Shown here: positions 27,947-37,334 of the stretch, in pieces
How positions within the stretch are numbered: position 1 is the first letter of the stretch
How the letters are laid out: each line of letters opens with the position of its first letter
NCBI GenBank assembly: GCA_965261595.1
Contig: CBDHDG010000003.1
Location: forward strand, 192,001-256,000
From: a bacterium
Lineage (GTDB): Bacteria; UBA8248; JACPRG01; G963555815
Reading direction: 5' to 3'
Length of the DNA: 64,000 bases
Notes under the pieces: generated by a model
The model's input: only the letters and a program-made list of their open reading frames with translations
Databases searched by the model: none
What the model was told of the DNA's origin: nothing
Made by a program: the position numbers and the translations under genes

Positions 27947-29584
27947 ATGTTGAAGCGGAAAATGTTCAACAGTTTCTTCGCCTTCGCCCTGGTCGCGGCG
28001 TTGGTCATGGCGGGCTGTGGCGGCGGAGGTGGTGGCAGCAACGGCACACCGCCGGAGATGGCGGGGCCAGGCACACCGCCGGAGATGGCGGGGCCAACAG
28101 ATGCAGAGAAGATCACCGCGGCGCAGGGCGCGGCCAAGACGGCCTACGAAGCGGCCAAGGCTGCGCTCGCGGCCGTTGAGGCGAACAAGGACGTTGATTT
28201 GGCTTCTCACACACGCGCCTCGGACGCCGTAGATGATGCAGAGGCCGCGAACGAGATGGCCAAGGCGGCCACCACGGCGGATGCAGCTGAAACCGCTCAG
28301 GGAGACGTAGAGGACGCCAGAGACAACGCCGTGAAGTACGCCGGCATGGTGACGATGGCGAAGATGGACGCGATGGACGCCAAGATGGCGGCTGATGCGT
28401 TGGCCGCGGCGAACAAGGTGGCGATGACGAAGAAGACGGCGATCATGACCGAGGAGACTGAGACGCCGGGCGATTCTTCGGGAGGCTTTGACGATACCGA
28501 CAGCGCTTACACCCTGATGATCGAGCACAAGGACGGCGCGGTCAAAACGACCATCACTGATCCGGCCCTTCCAGATGAGAACGACCCCAAGTTCATGCAG
28601 TCCGGCATGATGAACACGCGGACCAGGAGTGGCATGACGGAAGTGGTCGTCGTCCATACGGACATCGAGGCTCCCGACGCCGTGCCGTTCGGCGGGACCG
28701 ACTCAGGCTACAGCCTCACCGAAGACATCGATGACACGACAACAGCGCTGGACACTTACGTTGTTCTGCTTGAAGATGCCACCAAGCTCGGCGGTTCCGC
28801 GATAGTCCCAACCAAGGGAAGCGCTGGCACCAAAATCCTCACCCTTTATGATGCCGCCACTGAGGCTGGGAAAAAGACGTATAGAGGAAGCCTGGCCGAA
28901 GTGCCGGGGACATTCAGATGCAATGCAGGGACATGCACTGTCACAAGAGCCGACGATGCGGATGGGACCTTGACCATCACCGGTGGTGGAACGATCTGGT
29001 TCACACCGGACAGGGGCGCTACGGTGGACGTGGACGATGACGACTACCTGCACTACGGCCTCTGGGTGAAGAAGACCGTGAAGGAAGGCGTGACCACTTC
29101 TTACGACGCCGTCCAGACCTTCGCCGGTTCCAATCTGTCGGTCGCCGACGTTAGCGATATTGAGGGCACGGCTACGTATGAAGGCAATGCGGCCGGCGTG
29201 TACACGCACGACACGCTCGACGAAAGCGGGGACGTGGATGTATCCGGCGCCGGAACGTTTACGGCGGACGTTGCCTTGACGGCCTCTTTCGGAGGCTTTT
29301 CGGTCGCCCAAGATGACTTTGACACCATCAAGGGCACGGTATCGCGCTTCGAACTGTCCGGCGGCCAGGCCAACAACTGGAAGCTGGACCTGCCCAGCGC
29401 AGCAATCCAACCAGCTGATGGTACGTTCGGGGCCACGACTGATGTAGTATGGAGCGGGTCCCTCCACCAGCCTGATAACCATCCTGACGATGAAGCTCCG
29501 ACCGTGGCCGTGGGCGAGTTCAACGGTTCCTTCGTGAACGGCAAAGTGGCCGGAGCCTTCGGCGCGCGGAAGATGGAGGAGTAA
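27947..29584 (+). CDS. Surface lipoprotein with Ala-rich helical linker and a C-terminal domain resembling the transferrin-binding-protein (TbpB-like) beta barrel
   Basis: Lipobox VMAG-C followed by poly-Gly; GTPPEMAGP x2; DYLHYGLW, GTATYEGNAAGVY, FTADVALTASF and GEFNGSFVNGKVAGAFGA. Confidence 0.75.
   Translation: MLKRKMFNSFFAFALVAALVMAGCGGGGGGSNGTPPEMAGPGTPPEMAGPTDAEKITAAQGAAKTAYEAAKAALAAVEANKDVDLASHTRASDAVDDAEAANEMAKAATTADAAETAQGDVEDARDNAVKYAGMVTMAKMDAMDAKMAADALAAANKVAMTKKTAIMTEETETPGDSSGGFDDTDSAYTLMIEHKDGAVKTTITDPALPDENDPKFMQSGMMNTRTRSGMTEVVVVHTDIEAPDAVPFGGTDSGYSLTEDIDDTTTALDTYVVLLEDATKLGGSAIVPTKGSAGTKILTLYDAATEAGKKTYRGSLAEVPGTFRCNAGTCTVTRADDADGTLTITGGGTIWFTPDRGATVDVDDDDYLHYGLWVKKTVKEGVTTSYDAVQTFAGSNLSVADVSDIEGTATYEGNAAGVYTHDTLDESGDVDVSGAGTFTADVALTASFGGFSVAQDDFDTIKGTVSRFELSGGQANNWKLDLPSAAIQPADGTFGATTDVVWSGSLHQPDNHPDDEAPTVAVGEFNGSFVNGKVAGAFGARKMEE
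28043..28096 (+). repeat. 27-bp perfect coding tandem repeat (GTPPEMAGP x2)
   Basis: GGCACACCGCCGGAGATGGCGGGGCCA at 28043 and 28070. Confidence 0.9.
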
Positions 29585-29681
29585 GGGGTAGACCGAACGG
29601 CCACAACATGACGAGCAACCAAGAAGGGGGGCCGTGTGGCAAACAAGCGCGGCTCCCCTTTCATGTTCTGGAGGAATAGAC

Positions 29682-29854
29682 ATGGACCCCCAAGACTGGA
29701 TCATGTGGCTGTCGTAGTAGGGAACCTAGGATTCCTGTGGAACCTGCATCGGGATATGGCAGGTCTTCGCGAGCGGATGGCGAGTCTTGAGGGGAAGGTT
29801 GAAATCATGACGCAGGTTTTCTCCAATCATGTTGGGTTCAGAGCGGAAGCCTAG
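29682..29854 (+). pseudogene. Small membrane-anchored coiled-coil protein, probably with a 1-nt frameshift
   Basis: RBS GGAGG then ATG GAC CCC (MDPQDWI) stops early; the adjacent frame continues VAVVVGNLGFLWNLHRDMAGLRERMASLEGKV. Confidence 0.5.
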
Positions 29855-30068
29855 ACGCGCCACCCGTTGGGGGCGTCCCATCACGCGCTACCGTGAGTGG
29901 TGTGAGTACTGATTCCCGTTCGAGAGATTGAGTCCTCCCCACGGGAAGATGGAACCGATGAGGACGCCCCCTCGCTACTCCGTCCTATCGGGAAAGGAGG
30001 CTAAGCATGGGCTAACATCTGGATCGGTTTCAAGGTGTTTTTGAGGGGCTCATGTCGAGGGAGAAAGC

Positions 30069-30272
30069 ATGATGAGCGACAATCCTAAGAAGCGCACCGT
30101 TGAGCTGGTTCGTTCCACCTACCATCCGACGAAGCGCGAGAAGATGGAAGGTATCCCTCCGCTTTCAGATGACGCGCCGGAGGACATCACCGAGCGGATG
30201 GAGATGCTTGGGAAGGGTCTCACTGAGTCGGTGGATGTTCGCTGGATAGACAAGCCCAGGAACCGCCAGTAG
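30069..30272 (+). CDS. Small hypothetical protein at the right end of the IS1595 element
   Basis: 67-aa ORF with RBS GAGGGAG, ending 12 bp before the right IR. Confidence 0.6.
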   Translation: MMSDNPKKRTVELVRSTYHPTKREKMEGIPPLSDDAPEDITERMEMLGKGLTESVDVRWIDKPRNRQ

Positions 30273-30307
30273 GCTCAGGCGGTGTGGGATTCAAGTATAT
30301 AATTCCC

Positions 30308-30421
30308 AAAGAAAAGATGACGCGGACCCGCGACATCATCACCAAGTTCATGAAATTGAAGGAAGTTATTCCCATCGACGATATTTATACGATGAAGTTT
30401 CTGCCGAAGCTCCTGCCCTGA
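30308..30421 (+). pseudogene. 3' fragment of the disrupted NMT1/THI5-like binding protein
   Basis: Translates KEKMTRTRDIITKFMKLKEVIPIDDIYTMKFLPKLLP*, matching the C-terminus of 22851..23864; starts right after the IR. Confidence 0.88.
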
Positions 30422-30661
30422 CCGGGGAAGCTCCGGGGAGGAATTGCGGTTGCTGATTTCCGCCGCTTGATTCACGCGCCGGAGGGCGCGCCTCGCGCGC
30501 GCCCTCCGGATTGCGTTTCTCCTCCGTCTCTCCGCCCCCTTCTTCAATGCCGTTGAGTTGTATGTCCCCGGACCGCGGCGCCCCTGTCGCCGGGGGACGC
30601 GGCCCTCCCCCTCCCCCCCCCCGCGGACCCTCTCGCGACGCATCGAAACGCGGAAAAGCCT

Positions 30662-33016
30662 ATGGCCGGAAGCGTCATCGGAAGGTCGGTCCCCCGTGTC
30701 GACGGGCGCCCCAAGGTGACGGGGCGCGCGGATTACGTGGGGGACCTGAAACTGCCGGGCATGCTGCACGCCGCCGTGTTGAGAAGCCCGCACCCGCATG
30801 CGCGGTTGAAAAAGGTGGACGCCGGGGAGGCCCGGCGGGTCCCGGGCGTCCGGGCGGTCGTCACCGGGGCGTACCTTCTCCGGATGGACGATGTGCAGCC
30901 CCGCTACGGGCCCGCCTTCAAGGATCAGCCCATCGTCGCCATCGACAAGGTCCGCCACGTGGGCGAGGCGGTCGCCGCCGTGGCGGCCGACACGCGGGAG
31001 ACGGCCGATGAGGCCCTCGCCCGGGTCCGCGTCGAATACGAGCCCCTTCCCGCCGTGCACTCCGTCCTGGAAGCCGTCAAGCCGGACGCGCCGCTGGTGC
31101 ACGAGAAGGTGGAGTCCGCCAAGATCTTCGCCGACCTGGCCCATCTCAAGGGGGGCGGCTCCAATGTCATCCACCATTTCAAGCTCAGAACGGGCGACGC
31201 CGAAAAGGCCCTGTCCCAAGCGGCGCGGGTTTTTGAAGACGATTACGTTTCCCCTCCGGTCTCGCACGTGCACCTGGAGCCGCACGGCGTGGCGGCCCGG
31301 TGGGAGGCGGACGGACGGCTGACGGTCTGGTCTTCCACGCAGAGCCCTTCCGTCGTCCGGAGCGAGCTGGCCGCGATTTACGGGACGCCGATCAACCGGG
31401 TGAGGGTGATCGTCCCGTACGTGGGGGGCGCCTATGGGGGAAAGGTCTACAACAAGATTGAGCCGATCGCCTCGCTGCTGGCCAGACTGTCCGGGCGGCC
31501 CGTGCGGTTTGTTCTGAGCCGGGAGGAGGTCTTCGTCACCTCTTCCAAGCACGGGGCCGTCTGCCGGATGAAGACCGGCGTGTCCCGGGACGGAAGGATC
31601 ACCGCGCGGAAGGTCGAGGTCTATTACGACACGGGCGCGTTCGCCGAGATCGGGCCTCGCATCGCGTACAAGACGGGTTGCGTGGCCTCCGGCCCTTACC
31701 GGATCCCCAACATCCGGATCGATTCTTACTGCGTCTATACGAACAAGACGCCCTCCGGCCCGTTTCGGGGGTTCGGCGTTCCGCAGCTCGCCTTCGCCTA
31801 CGAAGCCCATATGGACAAGGTCGCGCATTACCTGGGACGCGATCCCGTCGAGCTCCGAAGGGAATACGCTTATCGGGAGGGCGACGTTTTCGCGACGGGA
31901 ACCCCCCTCACGAGCCTCGGCCTTCACGAGTCGCTGGACCGCTGCGCCGAGGCCATCGGATGGACGCCCGGCCCGGCGGCGCCCCCCTCGCCGCCGCCCG
32001 CCAAAGGGGTTCGCCGCGGAAAGGGCGTCTGCCTGGCCATCAAGGGCCTGCTTGCGCCTTCAGCCTCCGCCGCGATCCTGGAGATGACGAGCGACGGCAG
32101 CCTGAATGTCCTTACGTCCACGGTGGAGATGGGGCAGGGGTCCGACACCGCCCTTTGCCAGATCGCCGCCGAGGAGATGGGCGTTCCCCTGGAGCACGTG
32201 AAGATCGTGCGGCCCGACACGGACGTCACGCCCTACGACATGCTTACGGCGGGAAGCCGATCGACGTTCAACATGGGGCGGGCCGTCCAGATGGCCGCCG
32301 CCGACCTGAAGCGGCAGCTTTTCGAAACGGCGTCCGAAGCCCTGGAGGTGGACGCGGGGGAGTTGGAGACCCGAGAGGGAGCGGTCCGGGTCCTAGGCGC
32401 GCCCGAGCGGAAGCTTTCTTTGGAAGAGGTGTTTCACCGCAGGTTTCAGGGGGCGCGGGGAGGAACGCTGGTGGGACAGGGGTTGTTCCAGATCGCCATC
32501 GTCCCCATGGACAAGGAGACGGGGCAGTCCGAGAACATGACGGCGCACTGGTTCAGCGGCGCTTCGGCCGCCGAGGTCGAGGTGGATTGCGAGACGGGGA
32601 CGGTCAGGGTTTTGAAGTTCGCCGCGGCGGCCGACGTGGGGCGGGCCGTCCATCCCGCCCACTGTGAGCAGCAGATCAACGGCGCGGCCATCACGACGCT
32701 GGGGCTGACGCTTTTCGAATCCATGCGGTTCGAGGAAGGCCGGCTCACGAATGCGTCTTTCCTCGAGTATCCGATTCCCTCCTTCGGCGACGTGCCGCCC
32801 GAGATGGAGGCCATCCTGATCGAAGAGCCCCACCCGGACGGTCCCTACGGCGCCAAAGGGGTCGGCGAGACCGGGACGATGGCCACCGTCCCGGCGGTCG
32901 CCGGCGCGATCTTCGACGCCGTCGGGGTGTGGGTGAGCGAGATCCCGATCACCCCGGAATCCCTTCTGCGGGCCATCCGGTCGGCAAGGGGCGATGCGTG
33001 CGGTTCGGATGATTGA
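30662..33016 (+). CDS. Xanthine dehydrogenase family molybdopterin-binding (large) subunit
   Basis: LRSPHPHA, HLEPHG, VGGAYGGK, FRGFGVPQ, EMGQG, AGSRST and GPYGAKGVGE motifs. Confidence 0.93.
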   Translation: MAGSVIGRSVPRVDGRPKVTGRADYVGDLKLPGMLHAAVLRSPHPHARLKKVDAGEARRVPGVRAVVTGAYLLRMDDVQPRYGPAFKDQPIVAIDKVRHVGEAVAAVAADTRETADEALARVRVEYEPLPAVHSVLEAVKPDAPLVHEKVESAKIFADLAHLKGGGSNVIHHFKLRTGDAEKALSQAARVFEDDYVSPPVSHVHLEPHGVAARWEADGRLTVWSSTQSPSVVRSELAAIYGTPINRVRVIVPYVGGAYGGKVYNKIEPIASLLARLSGRPVRFVLSREEVFVTSSKHGAVCRMKTGVSRDGRITARKVEVYYDTGAFAEIGPRIAYKTGCVASGPYRIPNIRIDSYCVYTNKTPSGPFRGFGVPQLAFAYEAHMDKVAHYLGRDPVELRREYAYREGDVFATGTPLTSLGLHESLDRCAEAIGWTPGPAAPPSPPPAKGVRRGKGVCLAIKGLLAPSASAAILEMTSDGSLNVLTSTVEMGQGSDTALCQIAAEEMGVPLEHVKIVRPDTDVTPYDMLTAGSRSTFNMGRAVQMAAADLKRQLFETASEALEVDAGELETREGAVRVLGAPERKLSLEEVFHRRFQGARGGTLVGQGLFQIAIVPMDKETGQSENMTAHWFSGASAAEVEVDCETGTVRVLKFAAAADVGRAVHPAHCEQQINGAAITTLGLTLFESMRFEEGRLTNASFLEYPIPSFGDVPPEMEAILIEEPHPDGPYGAKGVGETGTMATVPAVAGAIFDAVGVWVSEIPITPESLLRAIRSARGDACGSDD

Positions 33017-33126
33017 TTTCCTCTCGGTTTGAAGCCGAAGAGGGGCCGGGTCGCGGTGTGGGAGGGCCGCGTCCGGCGGTCCTGGCGGTGTGTTCGCGTA
33101 CGGATGTCCTTCCTATGTCCTTCCTA

Positions 33127-33158
33127 TTGACACCCCCCCCCTTTTTTGAAATGATAAT
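33127..33158 (+). promoter_or_regulatory. Candidate promoter with a homopolymeric spacer
   Basis: TTGACA-C9-T6-GAAAT-GATAAT (20-bp spacer) upstream of the LLM operon. Confidence 0.4.
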
Positions 33159-33247
33159 ATTGGGCATGCTGCGCCTAGCCCTTGAACAGTGCGCTCCCTT
33201 CCATCCGACGGGGGATTTTCTCTCACCTTTACACCCTGGAGGCGTCC

Positions 33248-34405
33248 ATGCAGTTTTATTTTTTCCATTTGATGCCTTACCCGTACATGCCGGAGGATTA
33301 CCTCGAGACCTACGGGACCTCCTGGGCCACGATACCGAACCAGCTCTATGATCCCGAAAAGGGCCACATCCTTTACAACCAATACCTGGACGTGTTCGAG
33401 CGGGCGGATCAATTGGGCTACGACGGCATTTGCGTGAACGAGCATCACCAGACCTGTTACGGCCTGATGCCTTCGCCCAACCTCATGGCCGCCGCGTTGG
33501 CGCGCCGGACAAAGCGCGCGAAGATCGCCATCCTGGGAAACGCCATCTGCCTCCGGGACCATCCCCTGCGGGTGGCGGAAGAGGTGGCCATGCTGGACGT
33601 GATCACCAAAGGGCGGATCATCTCGGGGTTCGTCCGGGGGGTGGGGGACGAGTACACAGCCTTCAGCATGGACCCCACAACGTCGCGGGACCGGTTCCTG
33701 GAAGCCTACGACCTGATCATCCGGGCGTGGACCGAGCCGGGACCGTTTTCCTTCGAAGGCAAACATTACAACTTCCGGTATGTGAATCCCTGGCCGCGTC
33801 CCTATCAGAAGCCCCACCCCCCTGTGTGGATGCCCTCCCAGGGAAGCCAGGAGACGATTGAATTCGCCGCCAAGCGGAAGTATCCCTACATGCAGGTCTT
33901 CAGCCCATTTGAAGCGATGAAGAAGATCCTGGATCGATATAAAGAACAGGCCGAGGTTTACGGGTACACGGCGACGAGCGACCAGCTTGGCTGGGCCGTC
34001 CCGATCTATGTGGCCGACACCGACGAGCAGGCGTGGGCCGAGGCGGAAACCCACCTCTCCTTTCTCTTCAACAAGCTCTTGCGGCGTCCGGGGCACCAAT
34101 TCTTTCCGCCGGGCTACCTGACGGATAAGTCCATGGCCCGCATCCTGGAGGCCAAGGCGGATAAGATGGCCGGAGACCGAAGCCCCCGTGAGCTGGACGA
34201 AAAGGGGGTCATCATCGTGGGAAGCGCGGCCACGGTGCGCGAGCGGCTTAAGGAATACGAGAAGGAGGCGGGGTTCGGGTTTCTGGTCACGCTATTGCAT
34301 TTCGGAAGCCTGCCCCACGACCTCACCATGAAAAACGTCGAGATGTTCGCAAGCGAGGTCATGCCTCACTTTCAGGTCGAGGCCCCGGCGGGTGCGGCCA
34401 CCTAG
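33248..34405 (+). CDS. LLM class flavin-dependent oxidoreductase
   Basis: GYDGICVNEHH, PLRVAEEVAMLD, GRIISGFVRG, WPRPYQKPHPPVW and MFASEVMPHF motifs. Confidence 0.92.
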   Translation: MQFYFFHLMPYPYMPEDYLETYGTSWATIPNQLYDPEKGHILYNQYLDVFERADQLGYDGICVNEHHQTCYGLMPSPNLMAAALARRTKRAKIAILGNAICLRDHPLRVAEEVAMLDVITKGRIISGFVRGVGDEYTAFSMDPTTSRDRFLEAYDLIIRAWTEPGPFSFEGKHYNFRYVNPWPRPYQKPHPPVWMPSQGSQETIEFAAKRKYPYMQVFSPFEAMKKILDRYKEQAEVYGYTATSDQLGWAVPIYVADTDEQAWAEAETHLSFLFNKLLRRPGHQFFPPGYLTDKSMARILEAKADKMAGDRSPRELDEKGVIIVGSAATVRERLKEYEKEAGFGFLVTLLHFGSLPHDLTMKNVEMFASEVMPHFQVEAPAGAAT

Positions 34406-34578
34406 ATCGCACGGCGGGCTCTGACCGGCGCGTCCCCGTTTTCGGATGGGGGGGGGGGGACGCTCAGGCGTCCAGGAAATTTCAGGGATCGGGAGGAACG
34501 GGGGGGCCGGTCCGCAAGGGTGCGTTTCGGATCCCCTCAGCGCGGGGGCGGAACGCCCGGAAGGACCGGGAACTCGTA

Positions 34579-35457
34579 TTGAATCTGGAACTGAACGTTC
34601 TCCCCGAGCTTATGGCCGTTCTGGCCGCGTTCATGCTCAGCGTGGCCAATGTGTTTTCCAAGGGGGCGTTGAGGCACGCGCCCCCCTTCACCGGGGCGGT
34701 GATGTTCGCCCTGGTTCCGCTTGTCTTGTTGGGGCCGTGGCTCCCGGTCCTGGTTCCCTTGGAGGCGGGCACACGGGAGGGATTCCTTTGGTTTTTGCTG
34801 TCCGGTGTGGTCCACCCGGGACTGGCCATCACCTTCCTACTCCTCGGCAACCAGCGTGTGGGGATTTCGCGGGCCTCGACCATCGCTTCGGTGGCGCCGC
34901 TGATCAGCGTCCTCATCGGGGTCTCCTTTCTCGGGGAGCGTCCGGATTGGACGGTTTGGGTGGGGGGGCTGCTCATCGTGGGCGGCGTGGTGGCCATCTC
35001 CGGGGAAAAATCGGGGGGCCGATTCAAGCGGAAAGATTTCCTCTTTCCGGTCCTCGCCGGGCTTGCGATGGGCGTGACGCCGGCGTTGAGAAAACTGGGC
35101 CTCATGCATGTCCCTTTCCCGATTTACGGGGTGGTCGCGGCGGCGCTGGGCGGCGTGCTGGGGCTTTCCGCCATGGCCCGTTTTTTCCCCCGGGGAGAGC
35201 GGCTCCGACTCGCGCCCAAGGGCTTGTTGTTCTTCGGATGGGCGGCCTCCTTCGCCCTGGCGGGGCGGCTGTTGTTCTTTGACGCGTTGAACCGGGGGGA
35301 ATTTTCCCGGGTGGTCTTCCTCATCCACTCGATGCCCTTGTGGGTGCTGTTGCTGTCGTGGCTGCTTCTGAGGGAGAGTGAGCGCATCACCTCCAGGCTG
35401 GTCGCGGCGACGGTGGTCGTTGTCCTGGGGATCGGAGTCATTTCGATGGGCGTATAA
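34579..35457 (+). CDS. DMT/EamA family transporter
   Basis: Same family as the tandem copies (HPGLA, FLGERP, LLRESERIT); start may be ATG 34612. Confidence 0.86.
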   Translation: MNLELNVLPELMAVLAAFMLSVANVFSKGALRHAPPFTGAVMFALVPLVLLGPWLPVLVPLEAGTREGFLWFLLSGVVHPGLAITFLLLGNQRVGISRASTIASVAPLISVLIGVSFLGERPDWTVWVGGLLIVGGVVAISGEKSGGRFKRKDFLFPVLAGLAMGVTPALRKLGLMHVPFPIYGVVAAALGGVLGLSAMARFFPRGERLRLAPKGLLFFGWAASFALAGRLLFFDALNRGEFSRVVFLIHSMPLWVLLLSWLLLRESERITSRLVAATVVVVLGIGVISMGV

Positions 35458-35579
35458 AGACGGGTTCCGGGGAGGGGAGGGGGATCCCCGGGTTCGTTTG
35501 CGTTCGGGGGGGGGTGCGTTTTGATTCTTTTCGAAAACAGGCTTTTCTCTCAACTCTTTTGACCCTGGGAGTGTGACAC

Positions 35580-36365
35580 ATGACACAGGCAACGGATGTA
35601 CTCACGGAATTCGTCCAGGTTCGGGATGTGAAGGTGCGGCTTCTTCGCGGAGGGGAAGGTCCGCCCCTGCTCTATCTTCACGGAGCGGGGCGGTCGGGCG
35701 TCTGGCTGCCGGTGATGGAAGAGCTGGCCAAGGATTTCGATGTCCTCGCGCCCGACCACCCGGGTTTCGGCCAGTCCGATCGGCCCGATTGGCTCGACGG
35801 GATGGACGATATGGTCTACCACTACCTCGACTTTCTGGACCAGATGGGTCTGGATCAGGTCAACGTGGTCGGCATCTCCTTCGGCGGATGGCTGGCGGCC
35901 GAGTTTGCGGTGGCCCACCCTGAGCGGGTCTCAAAAGTGATTCTGTCGGCGGCCTCGGGGCTTCGCGTGGAGGGGACGCCCATCACGGACCTCTTCACCC
36001 TTTCCCCGGCCGAGACCGCGGAGTATCTGTTTTCGGATCCGGAAAAGGTGAAGGCGTTGGTGGAAAGCGAGCCGACTCCCGAGATTCAGCAGGAGCTCTA
36101 TCGGGGACGGGTCACGCTGGCCCACCTGGGGTGGAACCCGCTTTTGTTCAATCCGGCGCTGCGGCGGCGCCTCTACCGGGTCACATGTCCGACCCGGGTG
36201 TTCTGGGGAGAGCAGGATCGCCTCGTCCCCATCGCGCACGGCGAGGCGTACGCCTCGGAGATCGCAGGTGCGGAGCTGGTGACGTTCAAGGACTGCGCCC
36301 ACTCCATCCAGCAGGAAAAACCCGGGGAGTTCGCCGCCGAAGTGAAAAAATTCCTGAAGGCGTAG
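35580..36365 (+). CDS. Alpha/beta fold hydrolase
   Basis: LYLHGAG, APDHPGFGQS, GISFGG nucleophile elbow, WGEQDRLVP and CAH. Confidence 0.92.
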   Translation: MTQATDVLTEFVQVRDVKVRLLRGGEGPPLLYLHGAGRSGVWLPVMEELAKDFDVLAPDHPGFGQSDRPDWLDGMDDMVYHYLDFLDQMGLDQVNVVGISFGGWLAAEFAVAHPERVSKVILSAASGLRVEGTPITDLFTLSPAETAEYLFSDPEKVKALVESEPTPEIQQELYRGRVTLAHLGWNPLLFNPALRRRLYRVTCPTRVFWGEQDRLVPIAHGEAYASEIAGAELVTFKDCAHSIQQEKPGEFAAEVKKFLKA

Positions 36366-36412
36366 CCTCCGGAAAACGGGGAAGGAGAGGTGTGAGTTGA
36401 GGAAGCAAAGTC

Positions 36413-37240
36413 TTGGCTGCTGAGTGGACGTTTCCGAAGATGTTCCGGCTGGACGGCAAGGTGGCCCTGATAACCGGAGGCGCCAGGGGGCTGGGCCTGG
36501 CCATGGCCACGGGGCTCGCGGAGGCCGGGGCCGAGGTCGTCCTGGCCGATATCCTGCGGGACGAAGGCGAAGAGAAGGCCCGGGACCTGACCGCCCGCGG
36601 GCAAAAGGCCCATTACCGCACGATCGACGTATCTGATCGGGACGGTGTGTTCGCGGCGATGAATGAGGTCGCGGACGCCCTGGGAGGGATCGATGTCCTG
36701 ATCAACAACGCCGGCGTGGGGGGGAAAAGCCACGGGGGCCCGTTCGCCGCCCAGGAGATGACGCCCGAACATTGGCGGGCCTTGATGTCCATCAACCTGG
36801 ACGGTCCCTTTGCCTGTTGCCAGGCCGTCCATCCCATCATGAAGGCGCGGGGCGGCGGCGCCATCATCAACATCGCCTCTGTTTGGGGCCTCGGCGCCAG
36901 CTCGAGCATGCCCGTCGCCGCCTATGCGTCATCCAAGGGGGCGTTGGTCAACCTGACCCGGCAGTTGGCCGTTGAATGGGCCCGGGACGGGATCCGGGTG
37001 AATGCCATCGCCCCGGGATTTTTCGACACCCAGCTTGCCGCGGGCGGGGGAGGGGGCGGAGGCGGCCCGGAGGCGGATTGGAAGAAAAAGATGCGAGAGC
37101 AGATCGGCGAGCGAATGCCGATGGGGCGGCGTGGGGCGCCGGAGGAGATCAAGGGAGCGGCCATTTTCCTGGCGTCGGAGGCCTCCGGTCTGGTGACGGG
37201 TCACACCCTCCCGGTGGACGGGGGCTGGATGGCGTGGTGA
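36413..37240 (+). CDS. Short-chain dehydrogenase/reductase (SDR)
   Basis: TGGARGLG, INNAG, YASSK, VNAIAPG and VDGG motifs. Confidence 0.93.
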   Translation: MAAEWTFPKMFRLDGKVALITGGARGLGLAMATGLAEAGAEVVLADILRDEGEEKARDLTARGQKAHYRTIDVSDRDGVFAAMNEVADALGGIDVLINNAGVGGKSHGGPFAAQEMTPEHWRALMSINLDGPFACCQAVHPIMKARGGGAIINIASVWGLGASSSMPVAAYASSKGALVNLTRQLAVEWARDGIRVNAIAPGFFDTQLAAGGGGGGGGPEADWKKKMREQIGERMPMGRRGAPEEIKGAAIFLASEASGLVTGHTLPVDGGWMAW

Positions 37241-37334
37241 GAGCGAACCGGCGACCCCGGGCCGGCCGTTTCCCCCGCAAACTCCGGGCTGATCCCATGA
37301 TGAGCGGTTTTCCACATTTGGTGACCGGGAGGGG

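Larger units (their letters stand above)
24920..30307 (+). mobile_element. IS1595-family transporter IS (tIS) with passenger genes and nested IS256
   Basis: Perfect 23-bp terminal inverted repeats GGGAATTATATACTTGAATCCCA (24920-24942; 30285-30307) enclosing an IS1595 transposase and cargo ORFs. Confidence 0.9.

Noticed and set aside
37040..37066. Poly-Gly stretch in the SDR as a sign of frameshift or contingency locus
   Set aside because: In frame, mixed codons, located in the variable substrate loop
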